DNA of 64,000 nt from Malacoraja senta (GCA_038087875.1 CM075993.1:8310001-8374000); one strand, 5' to 3'. Counted from the stretch's first letter, positions 1 through 12,312 are shown. The notes: generated by a model from the letters alone, not told the origin. Numbers and translations are program-made.

Positions 1-652
1 ATCTGTGAAGATCTTTCCTGGTCCGAGAACACTAATGCAATTATCAAGAAAGCTCATCAGCGCCTCTACTTCCTGAGAAGATTACGGAGAGTCGGTTTGT
101 CAAGGAGGACTCTCTCTAACTTCTACAGGTGCACAGTAGAGAGCATGCTGACTGGTTGCATCGTGGCTTGGTTCGGCAACTTGAGCGCCCTGGAGAGATA
201 AAGACTACAAAAAGTAGTAAACACTGCCCAGTCCATCATCGGCTCTGACCTCCCTTCCATCGAGGGGATCTATCGCAGTCGCTGCCTCAAAAAGGCTGGC
301 AGTATCATCAAGGACCCACACCATCCTGGCCACACACTCATCTCCCTGCTACCTTCAGGTAGAAGGTACAGGAGCCTGAAGACTGCAACGACCAGGTTCA
401 GGAACAGCTACTTCCCCACAGCCATCAGGCTATTAAACCTGGCTCGGACAAAACTCTGATTATTAATAACCCATTATCTGTTATCTGCACTTTATCAGTT
501 TATTTATTCATGTGTGTATATATTTATATTATGGTATATGGACACATTGATCTGTTTTGTAGTAAATGCCTACTATGTTCTGTGTGCTGAAGCAAAGCAA
601 GAATTTCATTGTCCTATCAGGGACACATGACAATAAACTCACTTGACTTGAC
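1..652 (+). mobile_element. Rex1/Babar-type LINE, 3' fragment (RT C-terminal region, 3' UTR, (CTTGA)n tail)
   Basis: Encodes ..EDLSWSENTNAIIKKAHQRLYFLRRLRR..FYRCTVESMLTGCI..LPSGRRYRSL.. with an in-frame stop; ends AATAAACTCACTTGACTTGAC; near-identical to 4086-4720. Confidence 0.9.
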
Positions 653-797
653 TTCTTGAATCTCGACCGTCTTTCTTGTGAAGTGCTCCCACCGCGCTGT
701 TGCGGAGGGAGTTCCTGGACCTAAACCCAGCCACGGTGAAGGAATGATAATGTGCAGTGCAATCTTGACATAAAGCATCTCAATATCAATAGACAAT

Positions 798-988
798 AGA
801 CAATTTGGCCCTTCAAGCCAGCACCGCCATTCAATGTGATCATGGCTGATCATCCCCAATCAGTACCTTGTTCCTGCCTTCTCCCCATATCCCCCTGACT
901 CCGCTATCTTTAGGAGCCCTATCTAGCTCTCTCTTGAAAGTATCCAGAGAACCGGCCTCCACCGCCCTCTGAGGCAGAGAATTCCACA
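798..988 (-). mobile_element. CR1 LINE 3' end fragment
   Basis: Minus-strand LWNSLPQRAVEAGSLDTFKRELD motif plus the CR1 3' UTR also seen at 59031-59300. Confidence 0.85.
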
Positions 989-1612
989 GATGGGATTGTG
1001 GTTGTGGTTTTGGGTTCACCTTGTCTAGTTTCATATCCCGCTGAGTGCGATATCATTGGGTGCTACAAGAGCACTTCATATTCACCCCACCTCTGGAACT
1101 GAGCTCTTTGCACCATATTTGGACCAAGACTGTGATGAGATCTGAAGCGGTGTGAACCTGATGCAGAGCTCACTTGAGCCACAATCAGCAGGTATCATTG
1201 TTGATGATTGGGCTGTCATTACTATATAGGATCAATCCTGCATTTCCCAAAAAGGAAATGTTTTCCTGAGCCTTCCCGGGCAGTCTAGGACTACATTCCT
1301 AGCCGATAACTAGCTCCTTCGTCTTGCTAACATTGAGGGAAAAGGGACTGTGTGATGAGACGGAGATCAAGGGAGATGGAATGCCGCTGACTGAGGGGAT
1401 AGAAACATAGAAAATAGGTGCAGGAGTAGGCCATTCGGCCCTTCGTGCCTGTACTGCCATTCAATATGATCATGGCTGATCATCCATGGCTGATGGTGCA
1501 GGCTTGTTAATCATAACTAATCTAGTTGAAGGAGATGGAAATGGAAAGGATCTAATTAAACACGGGAGAGGATTAAAAAGGAAAATGGAGAAAACATGCT
1601 GGAATTGTCAGT

Positions 1613-1998
1613 GGCCTCTATTCCTTGGAGTGCAGGAGGATGAGGGGTGATCCCATAGAGGTGTATAAGATCATGAGACAAATAAATCAGGTGGATGCAC
1701 AGTCCCTTTTCCAGGGTAGGGGATTGAGAACCAGAGGGCATAGATTTAAGGTGAGGGGGGAAAGATCTAATAGGAACCTGAGGGATAACCTTTTCACGCA
1801 AAGGGTGGTTGGTATATGGAATGAGCTGCCGGAGGAGGTAGTTGAGGCAGGGACTATTGCAACGTTTAAGAAACAGACAGACAGGTACATGGATAGGACA
1901 GGTTTAGAGGTATATGGGCCAAATGCAGGCTAGTGGGACTGGTGTAGATGGGACATGTTGGCCGAAAGGCCTATTTCCTTGCTGTAAGATTCTATGAC
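1613..1998 (+). mobile_element. CR1 LINE 3' end fragment
   Basis: ORF 1625-1933 RRMRGD.IEVYKIMR..RTRGH..FTQRVVGIWNELPEEVVEA matches the CR1 ORF2 C-terminus. Confidence 0.9.
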
Positions 1999-2079
1999 TA
2001 ACGATGTATCTGGATATTGTTAAGGAGTGTCATTATTTTTAGATTAGTTTAATGTTGTTTAGTTTAGTTTACTTTATTA

Positions 2080-2385
2080 GCACGAGAACCAGGGGCCACA
2101 GTCTTAGAATAAAGGGGAGGCCATTTAAGACTGAGGTGAGAAAAAACGTTTTCACCCAGAGAGTTGTGAATTTGTGGAATTCCCTGCCACAGAGGGCAGT
2201 GGAGGCCAAATCACTGGATGGATTTAAGGGAGAGTTAGATAGAGCTCTAGGGGCTAGTGGAATCAAGGGATATGAGGAGAAGGCAGGCACGGGTTATTGA
2301 TAGGGGACGATCAGCCATGATCACAATGAATGGCGGTGCTGGCTCGAAGGGCCGAATGGCCTCCTCCTGCACCTATTTTCTATGA
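2080..2385 (+). mobile_element. CR1 LINE 3' end fragment (second subfamily)
   Basis: RTRGHSLRIKG..FTQRVVNLWNSLPQRAVEA plus 3' UTR ending CCTATTTTCTATG. Confidence 0.9.
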
Positions 2386-2722
2386 CACGTATACCGAGGT
2401 ACAATGAAAGACTTTTGTTGCATGCTATCCAGTCAGCGGAAAGACTATGCATGATTACAATCAAGCTGCCCACAGTGTACAGATACAGGATAAAGGGAAT
2501 ATTGTTTAGTGTAAGATAAAGGCCTGGAAAGTCCAATTAAAGATAGTCTGAGGGCTTTGAAAGATACATTATTGTTGTAAATGAGCACAATGGAGTCTGA
2601 AGGGTCTCGACCCGAAACGTCGCCTATTTCCTTCGCTCCATAGATGCTGCCTCACCCGCTGAGTTTCTCCAGCATTTTTTCCTACCTACAATAACACATC
2701 TGATGTGCAACCAGTAACTCAC

Positions 2723-2880
2723 AAAAGGTTCTCGATTTTGAGCTCCATCCTTCATGTATAAAGTCAACAGTCTTGATCCTTCGTACAGGGCAAACCTCCA
2801 GACACAAATTTCACTTGTGTTATAGTTGCACAAAGGGAAAAATGAGAATCACCGATGAGGAAAAGTGATTTATAAAAGAC
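2723..2880 (-). other. Candidate spliced exon of an unidentified minus-strand transcript (duplicate at 48690-48847)
   Basis: Non-repeat island bounded by acceptor TGTTTCACTTTCTGCAG| and donor TTT|GTGAGT; all three frames have stops; ATGs near the 3' end. Confidence 0.35.
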
Positions 2881-2999
2881 CTGCAGAAAGTGAAACATAT
2901 TTATTGAAGGTACCCAAGCAGATTGTGAGATTGGAACCACAAAATCTCATGTTTTGCTTGGGTAGCTTAAAACCCAATGGTATGAACATTTGCATAGAA

Positions 3000-3220
3000 A
3001 CAAGGAACTGCAGATGCAGATTGACAAAAAAAAGAGACAGTGCTGGAGTAACTCAGTGGGTCAGGCAGCATCCCTGGAGAACATGGATAGATGATATTTT
3101 GGGTCCGAACCCTTCTATCGAGTCTGAAGATGCGTCTCGACCTGAAACATCGCCTCGCCATGTTCTCCAGAGATGCTGCCTGACCCACTGAGTTACTCCA
3201 GCACTCTGTGTCTGTTTTTG
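3000..3220. mobile_element. Head-to-head inverted pair of PLE terminal modules
   Basis: AGTGCTGGAGTAACTCAGTGGGTCAGGCAGCATC.. and its reverse complement flank a degenerate CTGAAGA..GAAAC core. Confidence 0.8.
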
Positions 3221-3523
3221 TATGAATATTGAGTCTTGTAATTGCAAGTAACCCACTCTCCCTGTGTTCTCCCTCACATTCCCTCATCCTTCCAGCTTCT
3301 CAGTTTGTACACCTCTCCCATCACTACCCCCCCCCCCACCACCTCCCCACACACCTGGCTCCATCTGCCCAGCATCCCCTCCCCATCTTGTTCCTCCTAT
3401 CACCCATTTGCCTCTAACTCCCTCTTTCCTCTCCTCTCCTGTAATCTGGTCATCGTTCTTCTTTCCTCGCAGACCTGATGGAGGGTCTCAGCCTGAAACT
3501 TTGACTTACATCTTCTGCCTCCA

Positions 3524-4720
3524 CAGATGCGATCTCGCTGGCCCTCCACTCCGCTCTTGTCCACTTGGACAACAAAAACTCATATGTCCGGCTGTTATTC
3601 ATCGATTACAGCTCGGCATTTAATACAATCATCCCCTCCAAGCTGGTTACCAAGTTCGCAGAACTGGGTCTCTGCGCATCCCTCTGCAATTGGATCCTCG
3701 ACTTCCTCACTCACAGACCACAGTCTGTTCGTATTGGTGGAAATGTGTCAGACTCGATAACCTCAAGGCTGCGTGCTCAGCCCCCTGCTGTACTCACTCT
3801 ATACTCATGACTGCGTAGCCGGACATAGTGCGAACTCCATCATCAAGTTCGCTGACGACACCACTGTTGTGGGACGTATCACTGATGGGGATGAGTCAGA
3901 GTATAGAAGAGAGATCGAGCAACTGTCCATATGGTGCCAGCACAATAACCTGGCCCACAACACCAGCAAAACCAAGGAACTGATTGTGGACTTTGGAAGG
4001 AGTAGGATGGGGACCCACAGTCCTGTTTATATCAACGGGTCGATGGTTGAAAGGGTCAAGAGCTTCAAATTCCTGGGCGTGCACATCTCTGAAGATCTTT
4101 CCTGGTCCGAGAACACTGATGCCATTATTAAGAAAGCACATCAGCGCATCTACTTCCTGAGAAGATTACGGAGAGTCGGTTTGTCAAGGAGGACTCTCTC
4201 TAACTTCTACAGGTGCACAGTAGAGAGCATGCTGACCAGTTGCATCATGGCTTGGTTCGGCAACTTGAGCGCCCTGGAGAGGAAAAGACTACAAAAAGTA
4301 GTAAACACTGCCCAGTCCATCATCAGCTCTGACCTCCCTTCCATCGAGGGGATCTATCGCAGTCACTGCCTCAAAAAGGCTGGCAGTATCATCAAGGACC
4401 CACGCCATCCTGGCCACACACTCATCTCCCTACTACCTTCAGGTAGAAGGTACAGGAGCCTGAAGACTGCAACGACCAGGTTCAGCAATAGCTACTTCCC
4501 CACAGCCATCAGGCTATTAAACTTGGCTCGGACATAACACTGAACTTTATTAGCCAATACTGTTATTTGCACTTTATCAGTATATTGATTCATGTGTGCA
4601 TATATTTATAGAATGCCTTGTAGTCAATGCCTACTATGTTCTGTTGTGCTGAAGCAAAGCAAGAATTTCATTGTCCTATCAGGGACACATGACAATAAAC
4701 TCACTTGAACTTGAACTTGA
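3524..4720 (+). mobile_element. Rex1/Babar-type LINE, 5'-truncated, RT-coding remnant
   Basis: [16 protein letters not shown] (3565 ORF) and [23 protein letters not shown] (ORF 3773-4537); a deletion/frameshift disrupts the GxPQG motif; (CTTGAA)n tail. Confidence 0.93.
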
Positions 4721-5399
4721 CCCACTGAGTTCTTTCAGCCTTCTGTATTTTTGCTTGATTCAATAAGATCTTCCAAGCAGAAGCCAGGAAGAACAGTGCA
4801 TCATTTTATGATGGTCTGCAGAAGGGTCTCGACCCAAAATGACGCCCATGCCTTCTCGCCAGAGATGCTGCTTGTCCCGCTGAGTTACTCCAGCATTTTG
4901 TGTCTATCATCACTTTGTGAGCTCTCCTCCCTGAGTTGGGAATAGAAAAGTACACTGGGGTATCTCAGAAATTTCATAATTGTGATCGATTTCAAGAAAG
5001 GGACACATTTCATTGTAGTCATTCCAAGGGATCTCCATACTGTCTGGCACAAGGTGAGTGGTTGCAAAATTGTCCAATGTACAAAGAACTCTGTCCATCA
5101 GTACATTCCACTAGATTCAGGAACAGCGTCTACCAGACTACTGAACAGACTTCTCATCAACAAAGGGTGTCTTCCCAATCTCACAATCTACCTTGTACAG
5201 CCCTTAAATATCTGTTTATCTGCAGCTGTAACACTATATTCTGTACTCTGCTATTTTTCTCTTTGCACCGCCTGTTGTCCTTCTTTATGGCCTGGTTGTA
5301 CTCATGTCAGGTATGATTTGACTGGATAGCATTCAAAACAATATAATACTGCAAAAAAAAAGCAAAGTTGGATAGCATCTTTTAATTTGGATAGCAACT

Positions 5400-6790
5400 C
5401 AATTTATAAATTTGCAGACGACTCCACTGTAGTGGGCCGGATGTTAAATAATGATGGGACGGAGTACAGGAATGAGATTGAGAACCTCGGAACCTGATGT
5501 CAAGAGCATGACCTTTCCCTCAATATCAGCAAAACAATGTTTAGTTTGGGGGCAACACGGTGGTGCAGCAGTAGAATTGATGCCTTACAGACCCGGGTTC
5601 AATCCTGACTACGGGTGCTGTCTGTACAGAGTTTGTACGTTCTCCCGGTGACCAGGTGGGTTTTTCCCGGGTGCGTTTACTCAAACACTCCAAAGACGTA
5701 CATGTTTGTAGGTTAATTGGCTTCGGTAAAGATTGTACATTATCCCTAGTGTGTAGCATAGTGCTAGTCAACGGGGATCACTGGTCAGCACGGACTCGGT
5801 GGGCCAAAGGGCCTGTTTCCACACTATATCTCTAAATTTAACTAAACTAAACAAAGGAGATAATGATCGACTTCGGGAAGCGAAGCGGTACGCATACCCC
5901 AGTATATATTGAAGGCGCTGAAGAACAGTGAAAAGCTTTTGTTGCGCGCTCTCCAGTCAGCAGAAAGACAATACATAATTACAATCGAGCCATTTACAGT
6001 GTATAGATACATGATAATGGAATAACATTTAGTGCAAGGTGGTACAAGTGTGAGATGGTGAAAGGTCCAAGTTCGTAGGAGTAAATATCTTCAGCAACTA
6101 GTCATGGACCACCCATATCAAAGCAATGGTCAAGAAAACACATCAATGCCTTTACTTCATTAGAAGGCCTAGGAAGTTTGGCATGTTCCCAACAACTCTC
6201 ACCAACATCTACAGACATGCCATAGAAAGCATTTTATCGGGAAGCATCACAGCATGGTTTGGGAACAGCTCCATCCAAGACCGCAAGAAATTGCAGAGAA
6301 TTGTGGACGCAGTCAAGACCATCACGCAAACCAAGTCCCCTCCATCTACACTTCAGGCTGCCTCGGCAAGGCCACCAGCATAATCAAGGACGAGTCTCAC
6401 CCCAGACATTCCCTCTTCTCCCCTCTCCCTCCAGGGAGGAGGTACAGAAGTGTGAAAACTTGTACCTCCAGATTCAGGGACAGTTTCTTCCCAGCTGTTA
6501 TTGGGAACTGAACCATCCTATCACCAACTAGAGAGTGGTCCTGAGCTACCATCTATCTCATTGGAGACCCTCAGACTTTCTCTAATCAGACTTCACTGGA
6601 CTTTATCTTGCACTAAACATTATTCCCTTTATCCTGTATAAGTACACTGTGGATGGCTTGATTGTAGTCATGCATAATCTTGCTGCTGACTGGCAGCACA
6701 TATCAAAAAAAGCTGTTAACACGTGACGATAAACTAACCAAAAAATAAAACAATGTTTTTCGCTTTATCTCGGTACATGTGACAATAATA
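5400..6790 (+). mobile_element. Older degraded Rex1/Babar LINE interrupted by a SINE and an inverted Rex1 3' UTR piece
   Basis: KFADDSTVVG at ~5409; KKTHQCLYFIRR..SITAWFGN; LPPGRRYRS..SFFPAVI; many frameshifts. Confidence 0.8.
5548..5852 (+). mobile_element. HE1-like tRNA-derived V-SINE
   Basis: A-box-like TGGTGCAGCAGTAG, B-box-like GGTTCAATCC, central TTTGTACGTTCTCCC domain, CR1-like tail GGGCC.AAGGGCCTGTTTCC..(CTAAA)n. Confidence 0.88.
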
Positions 6791-6964
6791 AAATCATACT
6801 GATACATTCCACAGTTGCCATCCATCACAGCACAAGAAATCCAAGCTCAACCACTGTATTGGCCAGTTTTCATCTCGTAACAGCCTGCTGTCAATGAGAT
6901 GGATTATGGAAGATTCTTCTCAAATCTGATTCTCCTCAGAGATATGTCACTATTCTCCAACTTA

Positions 6965-7370
6965 CGTAGCAGTAGAGCTGCTGCCTTACAGCGCCAGAGA
7001 CACGAGGTCGATTCTAATTACGGGTGTTGTCTTTACAGACATTGTACGTTCTCCCCGTGACCTGCTCCGGTCACCTCGCACGGACAGGTTTGTAGGTTAA
7101 TTGGCCTTGATAAAATTGTAAATTGTCCCTAGTGTGTGTAGGATAGTGTAAGTGTGCGGGGATCGTTATTCAGCCAGGACTCGGTGGGCCGAAGAGCCTG
7201 TTCTTGCACTGTATCTCTAAAACTATGCTAAACTAAAAAAAACTAAACACCAAACACATACAGGTTTGTGAGTTAGCGTGTAGGATAGTGTCAGTGTCTG
7301 GACTGGTCAGCGAGGACTTGGTGGGCTGAAGGGCCTGTTTCTGCACTGTATCTCTACAGTCTAAAGTAAA
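6965..7370 (+). mobile_element. HE1-like SINE plus a second 3' half
   Basis: Same head, core and tail motifs as 5548-5852. Confidence 0.8.
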
Positions 7371-7379
7371 CTGCTCCAT

Positions 7380-8030
7380 GATGCTATGCAAGCTGTAATC
7401 TTCACCAATAGATCCATCACACTCTCAACCATCAACTAGACAGTGTCGTCACACCAGCCCTCTTCTCAATCTTCCCAACTATGACATTCCAATCAGTACC
7501 CTGTGGATGTGGAATTCATCTACAGGATGAGCAGAAAACATTTTGATCTTCATTATCTCCACTCCAGAACCAAAATCACATCAACCTGATTAAAGTACAT
7601 TACATTGATGAAGACATAAGGAACTGCAGATGCTGGAATGTTCGGTAAAACACAGTTCTACAATACCTCAGCAGTTCAGGCAGTATCTGTGGAAGGTGTA
7701 GATAGGCAACACATTACATTACATGGATGATGCTTTTGTATCTGCACACTTGGAAGCTGGGATCCAAACCACTGTCTCTTCCTTATTGGAGTATGTAGGA
7801 TGATGTGTCTTAAGCTAAACATCTGGAAGACACTTACCTTCACCGCACCGTGACCTGGCCTTCAAAGCTCATGGGAAGAGCCTGGTCATGTTGCACATCC
7901 TAGGAGCCACATCTCATACATGCACAAGGTTCACCACCCTCTAGTGTCCCAGCACAATCTTTAGCCCCCTGAAGAAGATCAAGAATCAATTGGGGCATTC
8001 AATTTATGGTCTGCCAGGCAATAGTGATAC
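7380..8030 (+). mobile_element. Highly degraded RTE-clade LINE RT remnant
   Basis: Residual PALFSIF and VEFIYR..FDLHYLHSRTK translations resemble RTE RT; interrupted by a PLE module. Confidence 0.5.
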
Positions 8031-8034
8031 CCCA

Positions 8035-8610
8035 CAGATAGACACAAAAATTGGAGTAACTCAGTGGGTCAGGCAGCATATATGGGGAAAAAAGGAATAG
8101 GTGAAATTTTGGGTCGAGACCCTTCTTCAATGAAATAAGACATATGAAAAGGGACAGAGAACAAATGAATGAAAGATATGCAAAAGGACAAATAAAAGGC
8201 AGCAACGATGGTCAGGGAAAGATGGTCCATTGTTGGCAGTGGGGAACGTGATAATGAGTGATACAAACAGTGAAACTCGGCAGGACGACAGTGAAACTAG
8301 CGCGACTACTAGGGTGGGGAAGGGACGGAGAGAGAGGGGATGTAAGGGTTACTTGAAGTTAGTGAAATCAACATTAATACCACTGGTACACAAAAATGCT
8401 GGAGAAACTCAGCGGGTGCAGCAGCATCTATGGAGCGAAGGAAACAGGTAACGTTTCGGGCCGAAACCCTTCTTCAGACTGATAGGGGGTGGGGAGAAGA
8501 AAGGAAAAAAGGAAAAAAAGGAAACATTAATACCACTGGGTTGTAAGCTGCCGAAGCGAAATATGAGGTACTGTTCCGCCAATTTGCGTTCTGCCAGTGG
8601 AGGAAGCCCC
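8035..8610 (-). mobile_element. PLE 3' end containing a nested younger hammerhead module (8387-8522, 17-bp TSD)
   Basis: AACATTAATACCACTGG at 8370-8386 and 8523-8539; flanks resemble the PLE endonuclease C-terminus and UTR at 29330-29850. Confidence 0.85.
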
Positions 8611-9089
8611 AGCCTCTGATATGTGTTAGAGATAAAGATAACCTACAGCAGAACCTCAAAACCCTGCTGGAGTTACCCCTGGGATCCTGCAGGTTAAATG
8701 GACCATTGTCAGGATCCTCTCTGAACCCTGATCCCACTTCACCAGCTGCAGTGGGTGGACTGCATTGTTTAAATATTTGACACTGGATTCCTCAGATCTC
8801 AATGATGGGAGGAGATTTTCAGGAGGCAGAGGAAGTGCTTGTGGTGTCTCCTGGACTCCTGTACACCTCAGAGATGCAGACTACCTACAGCAAACAAAAC
8901 ACAAAGTGCTGGAATAACTCAGTGGGTCGTGCTGCATCTGTGGAGAACATGCAATAGGTGACGTTTTGGTCGGGACCCTTCTTCAGACTGACTGTAGTAG
9001 TGGAGGGGAGCAAGCTGGAGGAGAAGGGGCGGGACAAAGCCTGGCAAATGATAGCTTGTTCTGGGTGAGGTGGGAGCTTTTGCTTAGTA

Positions 9090-9275
9090 TTTCAACATGC
9101 TGAAATTTTTTTCTGCAACCTAGCTGAGGCCACGAGTATTCGGGAACTTCCCTCGAGCATGAAGGAGAGTTCCAGTGACCTCATAGGACCACATGTCGAC
9201 CATGCTGCGAGTTTGAGTCGAGGGCAAACTCTTTTAAACTCGTAGATTAGGTCGCTGCAATGGGACAGCCCCTTC
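9090..9275. mobile_element. Probable non-autonomous DNA transposon end (PIF/Harbinger-like); related terminus at 24616-24740
   Basis: Terminal TGGGACAGCCCC here and GCCCTGTCCCAC at ~24617 look like one TIR type; the superfamily call is tentative. Confidence 0.4.
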
Positions 9276-9282
9276 ATAGTCT

Positions 9283-9545
9283 GTGTAGGAAAGAACTGCA
9301 GATGCTGGTTTAAATCGAAGGTCCCTGTAGATACAAAATGCTGGAGTAACTCAGCGGGACAGGCAGCATCTCTGGAGAGAAGGAATGGGTGACGTTTCGG
9401 GTCGAGACCCTTCTTCAGACTCTTCTTCAAGGGAGTTGGCGGGACAGAGATGGAATGTAGTCGGAGACAGTAAGACTGGTGGGAGAACTGTGAAGGGGGA
9501 GGGGATGGAGAGAGCGGGAAAGCAAGGGTTACTTGAAGTTAGAGG
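9283..9545 (-). mobile_element. PLE 3' terminal region with intact hammerhead core (continues to ~55750 in the duplicate copy)
   Basis: Minus strand reads GTCTGAAGAAGGGTCTCGACCCGAAACGTCACCC; the duplicate continues into KLEEQHLIFSLGSLHPRGMNI. Confidence 0.88.
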
Positions 9546-9745
9546 NNNNNNNNNNNNNNNNNNNNNNNNNNNNNNNNNNNNNNNNNNNNNNNNNNNNNNN
9601 NNNNNNNNNNNNNNNNNNNNNNNNNNNNNNNNNNNNNNNNNNNNNNNNNNNNNNNNNNNNNNNNNNNNNNNNNNNNNNNNNNNNNNNNNNNNNNNNNNNN
9701 NNNNNNNNNNNNNNNNNNNNNNNNNNNNNNNNNNNNNNNNNNNNN
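9546..9745. other. Assembly gap (exactly 200 N)
   Basis: Run of N. Confidence 1.
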
Positions 9746-12101
9746 AGCTCCCGGTCAAAGCGCTGTTCTTGCGTTCCGCAGGGTTAAGCTGGCGACTGAA
9801 AAAGGCGAGAGGCCACCAGTGACACAGAGCAACTGCTCCAGCAAACCGCTGACCGCAGAATCAGAAGCATCCAACGTCAGGGCGGTAGGGGCATCAGTAT
9901 CAGGTGAATCAGGGCGTCAGATTCTGTTCTGTGTCTTGTGTCTACTGTTTGTGGGTAAGGGTGTCTGTTTAGTGTTCAGCCATGAGCGAATGGCGGTGCG
10001 GGCTCGATGGACCTGGTGGTCTACTCTCGCACCTACTTTCTATGTTTCTATGTCTATGTCAGATGAACCAGCATCGTCGCTTGAGCCAATGCCTCCCCCG
10101 CACCATCGAAAGTTGCCACCGTGTCATCATTCCACTGCATGTCTCGCCGCTTACCTATCAGCAACTGAGAAAGCGGACGCATGATCCTGGCCGCCGCCAG
10201 CACAAAGCGATGATAAATTGTGACCATCCCCACGAACTCCTGAAGGCCCCGCACTGTGGAAGGCAGCAGAAACTGGCGAATGAATGGCCTCAACTTTGTC
10301 CGGATGCGGGACAGCACCGTGGTGAGTCACTCGATTGCCCAGAAAATCAATGGAGCTGAGGCAAACTGGCACTTGTCGGGGGTTGATGGCGAGACCGTGC
10401 TCGCTGAGGCGCTGGCACAACAGACGGAGGTGGGCACAATGTTTTTGCCCAGAGCGGCAAGCCACGAGGATATCGTCCAGGTAAATGAACAGGAAATCAA
10501 GTCCCCAACCCACTGTATCCATCAGGCGGTGGAAAACCTGCTTGAGGCCAAAAAGCACACGAAGGAACTCATACAAACCAAAGGGGATGATAATAGCCGT
10601 TTTAGGCACGTCCTCCGGTCGCACAGGGATCTGGTGATAGCTCCGGACTAAGTCAACCTTCAGAAAATAACTTGGCCCCAGCCAAATGGGCGGAGAAGTC
10701 CTGGATGTGGAGAATCAGATAGTGATCCGCGATGGTGGCATCGTTCAGGCGGTGGTCGTCTCCACAAGGCCTCCAGCCCCCGGAGACCTTCGGTACCATG
10801 TGCAGCGGGGAAGCTCATCTATCAGAGCGCCAGACAATTCCCATGGCCTCCATCTGGTGAAACTCCGCTTTAGCAATCTGGAGCTTGTCGGGAGGCGGCC
10901 TGTGGCCGCGGGCATGGTGCGGTGAGCCTGATGTAAGAATGTGATGAACCCCACCGTGTTTAGGGCTGGCCGAGTAGTACTGCGGAGTCAAAATGTCAGG
11001 AAAATCCTCCAATATTTGGGCATAAATATTGTCCACGGAAGACACAGGGTTGCGGTGTGATGTGGCGAACGCAGTTGGGAGCAGGGAGATCAATTCGGAT
11101 GTAGAAGCATGAACGAGGCGTTGGACCCTCACATCGACTAACAGTGATTGACCCCGCAGGAAATAGGCACCCAGCAGCGGCTGCGACATGTCAGCAACGG
11201 TGAACAGCCAGGTAAAATGGCAAGTACCAGAGATGAGCGGGATCGTGTGCTCGCCGTAAGTCCGTATGGTGCTGTCATTCGTGGCAGTTAATGAAGGCCC
11301 CCGCTTTCCAGAACGAGTGTCCACCCCGATGGAATCGTCGTCCTGAGTGCTGGTCCCATGCGTACTGACGGTGTATCTGGCCGACCGCTGTGGTGCTTTC
11401 TGGCGGCCTGCCCTGGCATTTCCTGGAAATTAGCAGGGCGAGCGGCATTGGCGGGCCGAGGATCCGCAGCATTGGTGGTAGAAGCACCACTTTCTCTTAC
11501 TGGCTTCTCCCGGAGCAGGAGACTCAGCTGTGTCCCCCGTGGGCATGTCCCCTGGTCGCTATGTTTTCCAGGGAGCTATCGACAACCGATCGAGCGAACC
11601 GCTGCCCTGCTGCTTGGACGGCCACAGCTCGTTGGCGCGTTCTGCTAACTGCCGGGGGTCGTCGATGTAGTCCGGCAAATGCTCCAGGAAGGCGTATTCA
11701 AAGAGCAGGCAGGGCCGTTGGCCGTCCATCAGCGTGAGCATTTCGCTCATGGGGACCGATGGCTTGTGATCGCCAAGCCCGCCCATCTGGAGGAGCTCGA
11801 TCCAGGCGGCTGAGCCCGAAGGTGCGGAGAAGCAGCGCTTTGAGGCCCTCAAACTTATCGGCCTCCAGTGGCTCGCTGAGGTAAGGAACCAAGCGACCGG
11901 CTGTCTCCTGATCGAGCACGCCGACCACGCGGGTACAGTAGCGGGTGTTGTCGAATGTGGAACTGGGCCTGGGCTCGCTGGAACCACACCTGGGGCTGCG
12001 AGGTCCAGAAAAGCAGCAGCTTAAGTGCAACAGCGTTTTGTTGGGCCGGATCGGCGGCAACGGCGGGGTTGAGAGTCGGCTGCGTCCATTTATGCATTGA
12101 C

Positions 12102-12115
12102 CGTCGGGGTCACCA
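12102..12115 (-). promoter_or_regulatory. Primer-binding site complementary to the tRNA-Trp 3' end
   Basis: Minus strand TGGTGACCCCGACG directly after the LTR; matches the recalled vertebrate tRNA-Trp 3' end (..CGUCGGGGUCACCA). Confidence 0.85.
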
Positions 12116-12116
12116 A

Positions 12117-12312
12117 TATAGCAAGACACGTGTTGTCAAACAAAGTGATTTTATTAAGTTCACACAAAACAGCTCTCAGAAGCACAACAAGGGGCAAGGG
12201 CGTTACCAACACTATTTATACCCGGGGGGACTCGTGACCCGCTCTTCCCATCATACCAAGTCACATGACCCAACCCCCAGAGCCGAGTGTCTAACCACCA
12301 GGGACCGCCACA
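12117..12312 (-). repeat. Gypsy 5' LTR (~196 bp)
   Basis: Starts TGTGGCGG, contains TATAAA and AATAAA in sense, abuts the PBS; ends TA rather than CA. Confidence 0.75.

Larger units (their letters stand above)
1..9545 (+). repeat. Copy 1 of a >=9.5 kb near-identical direct duplication (partner 45960-55529)
   Basis: Base-by-base match at offsets of 45959-45984; the ORF track repeats; this copy ends at the N gap. Confidence 0.98.
9746..12312 (-). mobile_element. Decayed Ty3/Gypsy LTR retrotransposon (5' LTR, gag, protease, RT, start of RNase H; cut by the gap)
   Basis: gag-like [46 protein letters not shown]; RNase H DASDSAV..WPLAFFSRQL; many frameshifts; small CR1-tail insertion near 9980-10057. 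Confidence 0.93.

Noticed and set aside
3773..4537. 254-aa RT ORF as a functional or domesticated gene
   Set aside because: 5'-truncated Rex1 copy with a lesion in the RT core; its identical twin at 49757 is explained by the segment duplication.
4936..5329. 126-aa and 115-aa ORFs with an AAG|GTGAGT donor near 5054
   Set aside because: No convincing acceptor or homology; the 3' part is decayed Rex1-like sequence.
9351..9822. ORFs spanning poly-X
   Set aside because: Artefacts of translating through the N gap.
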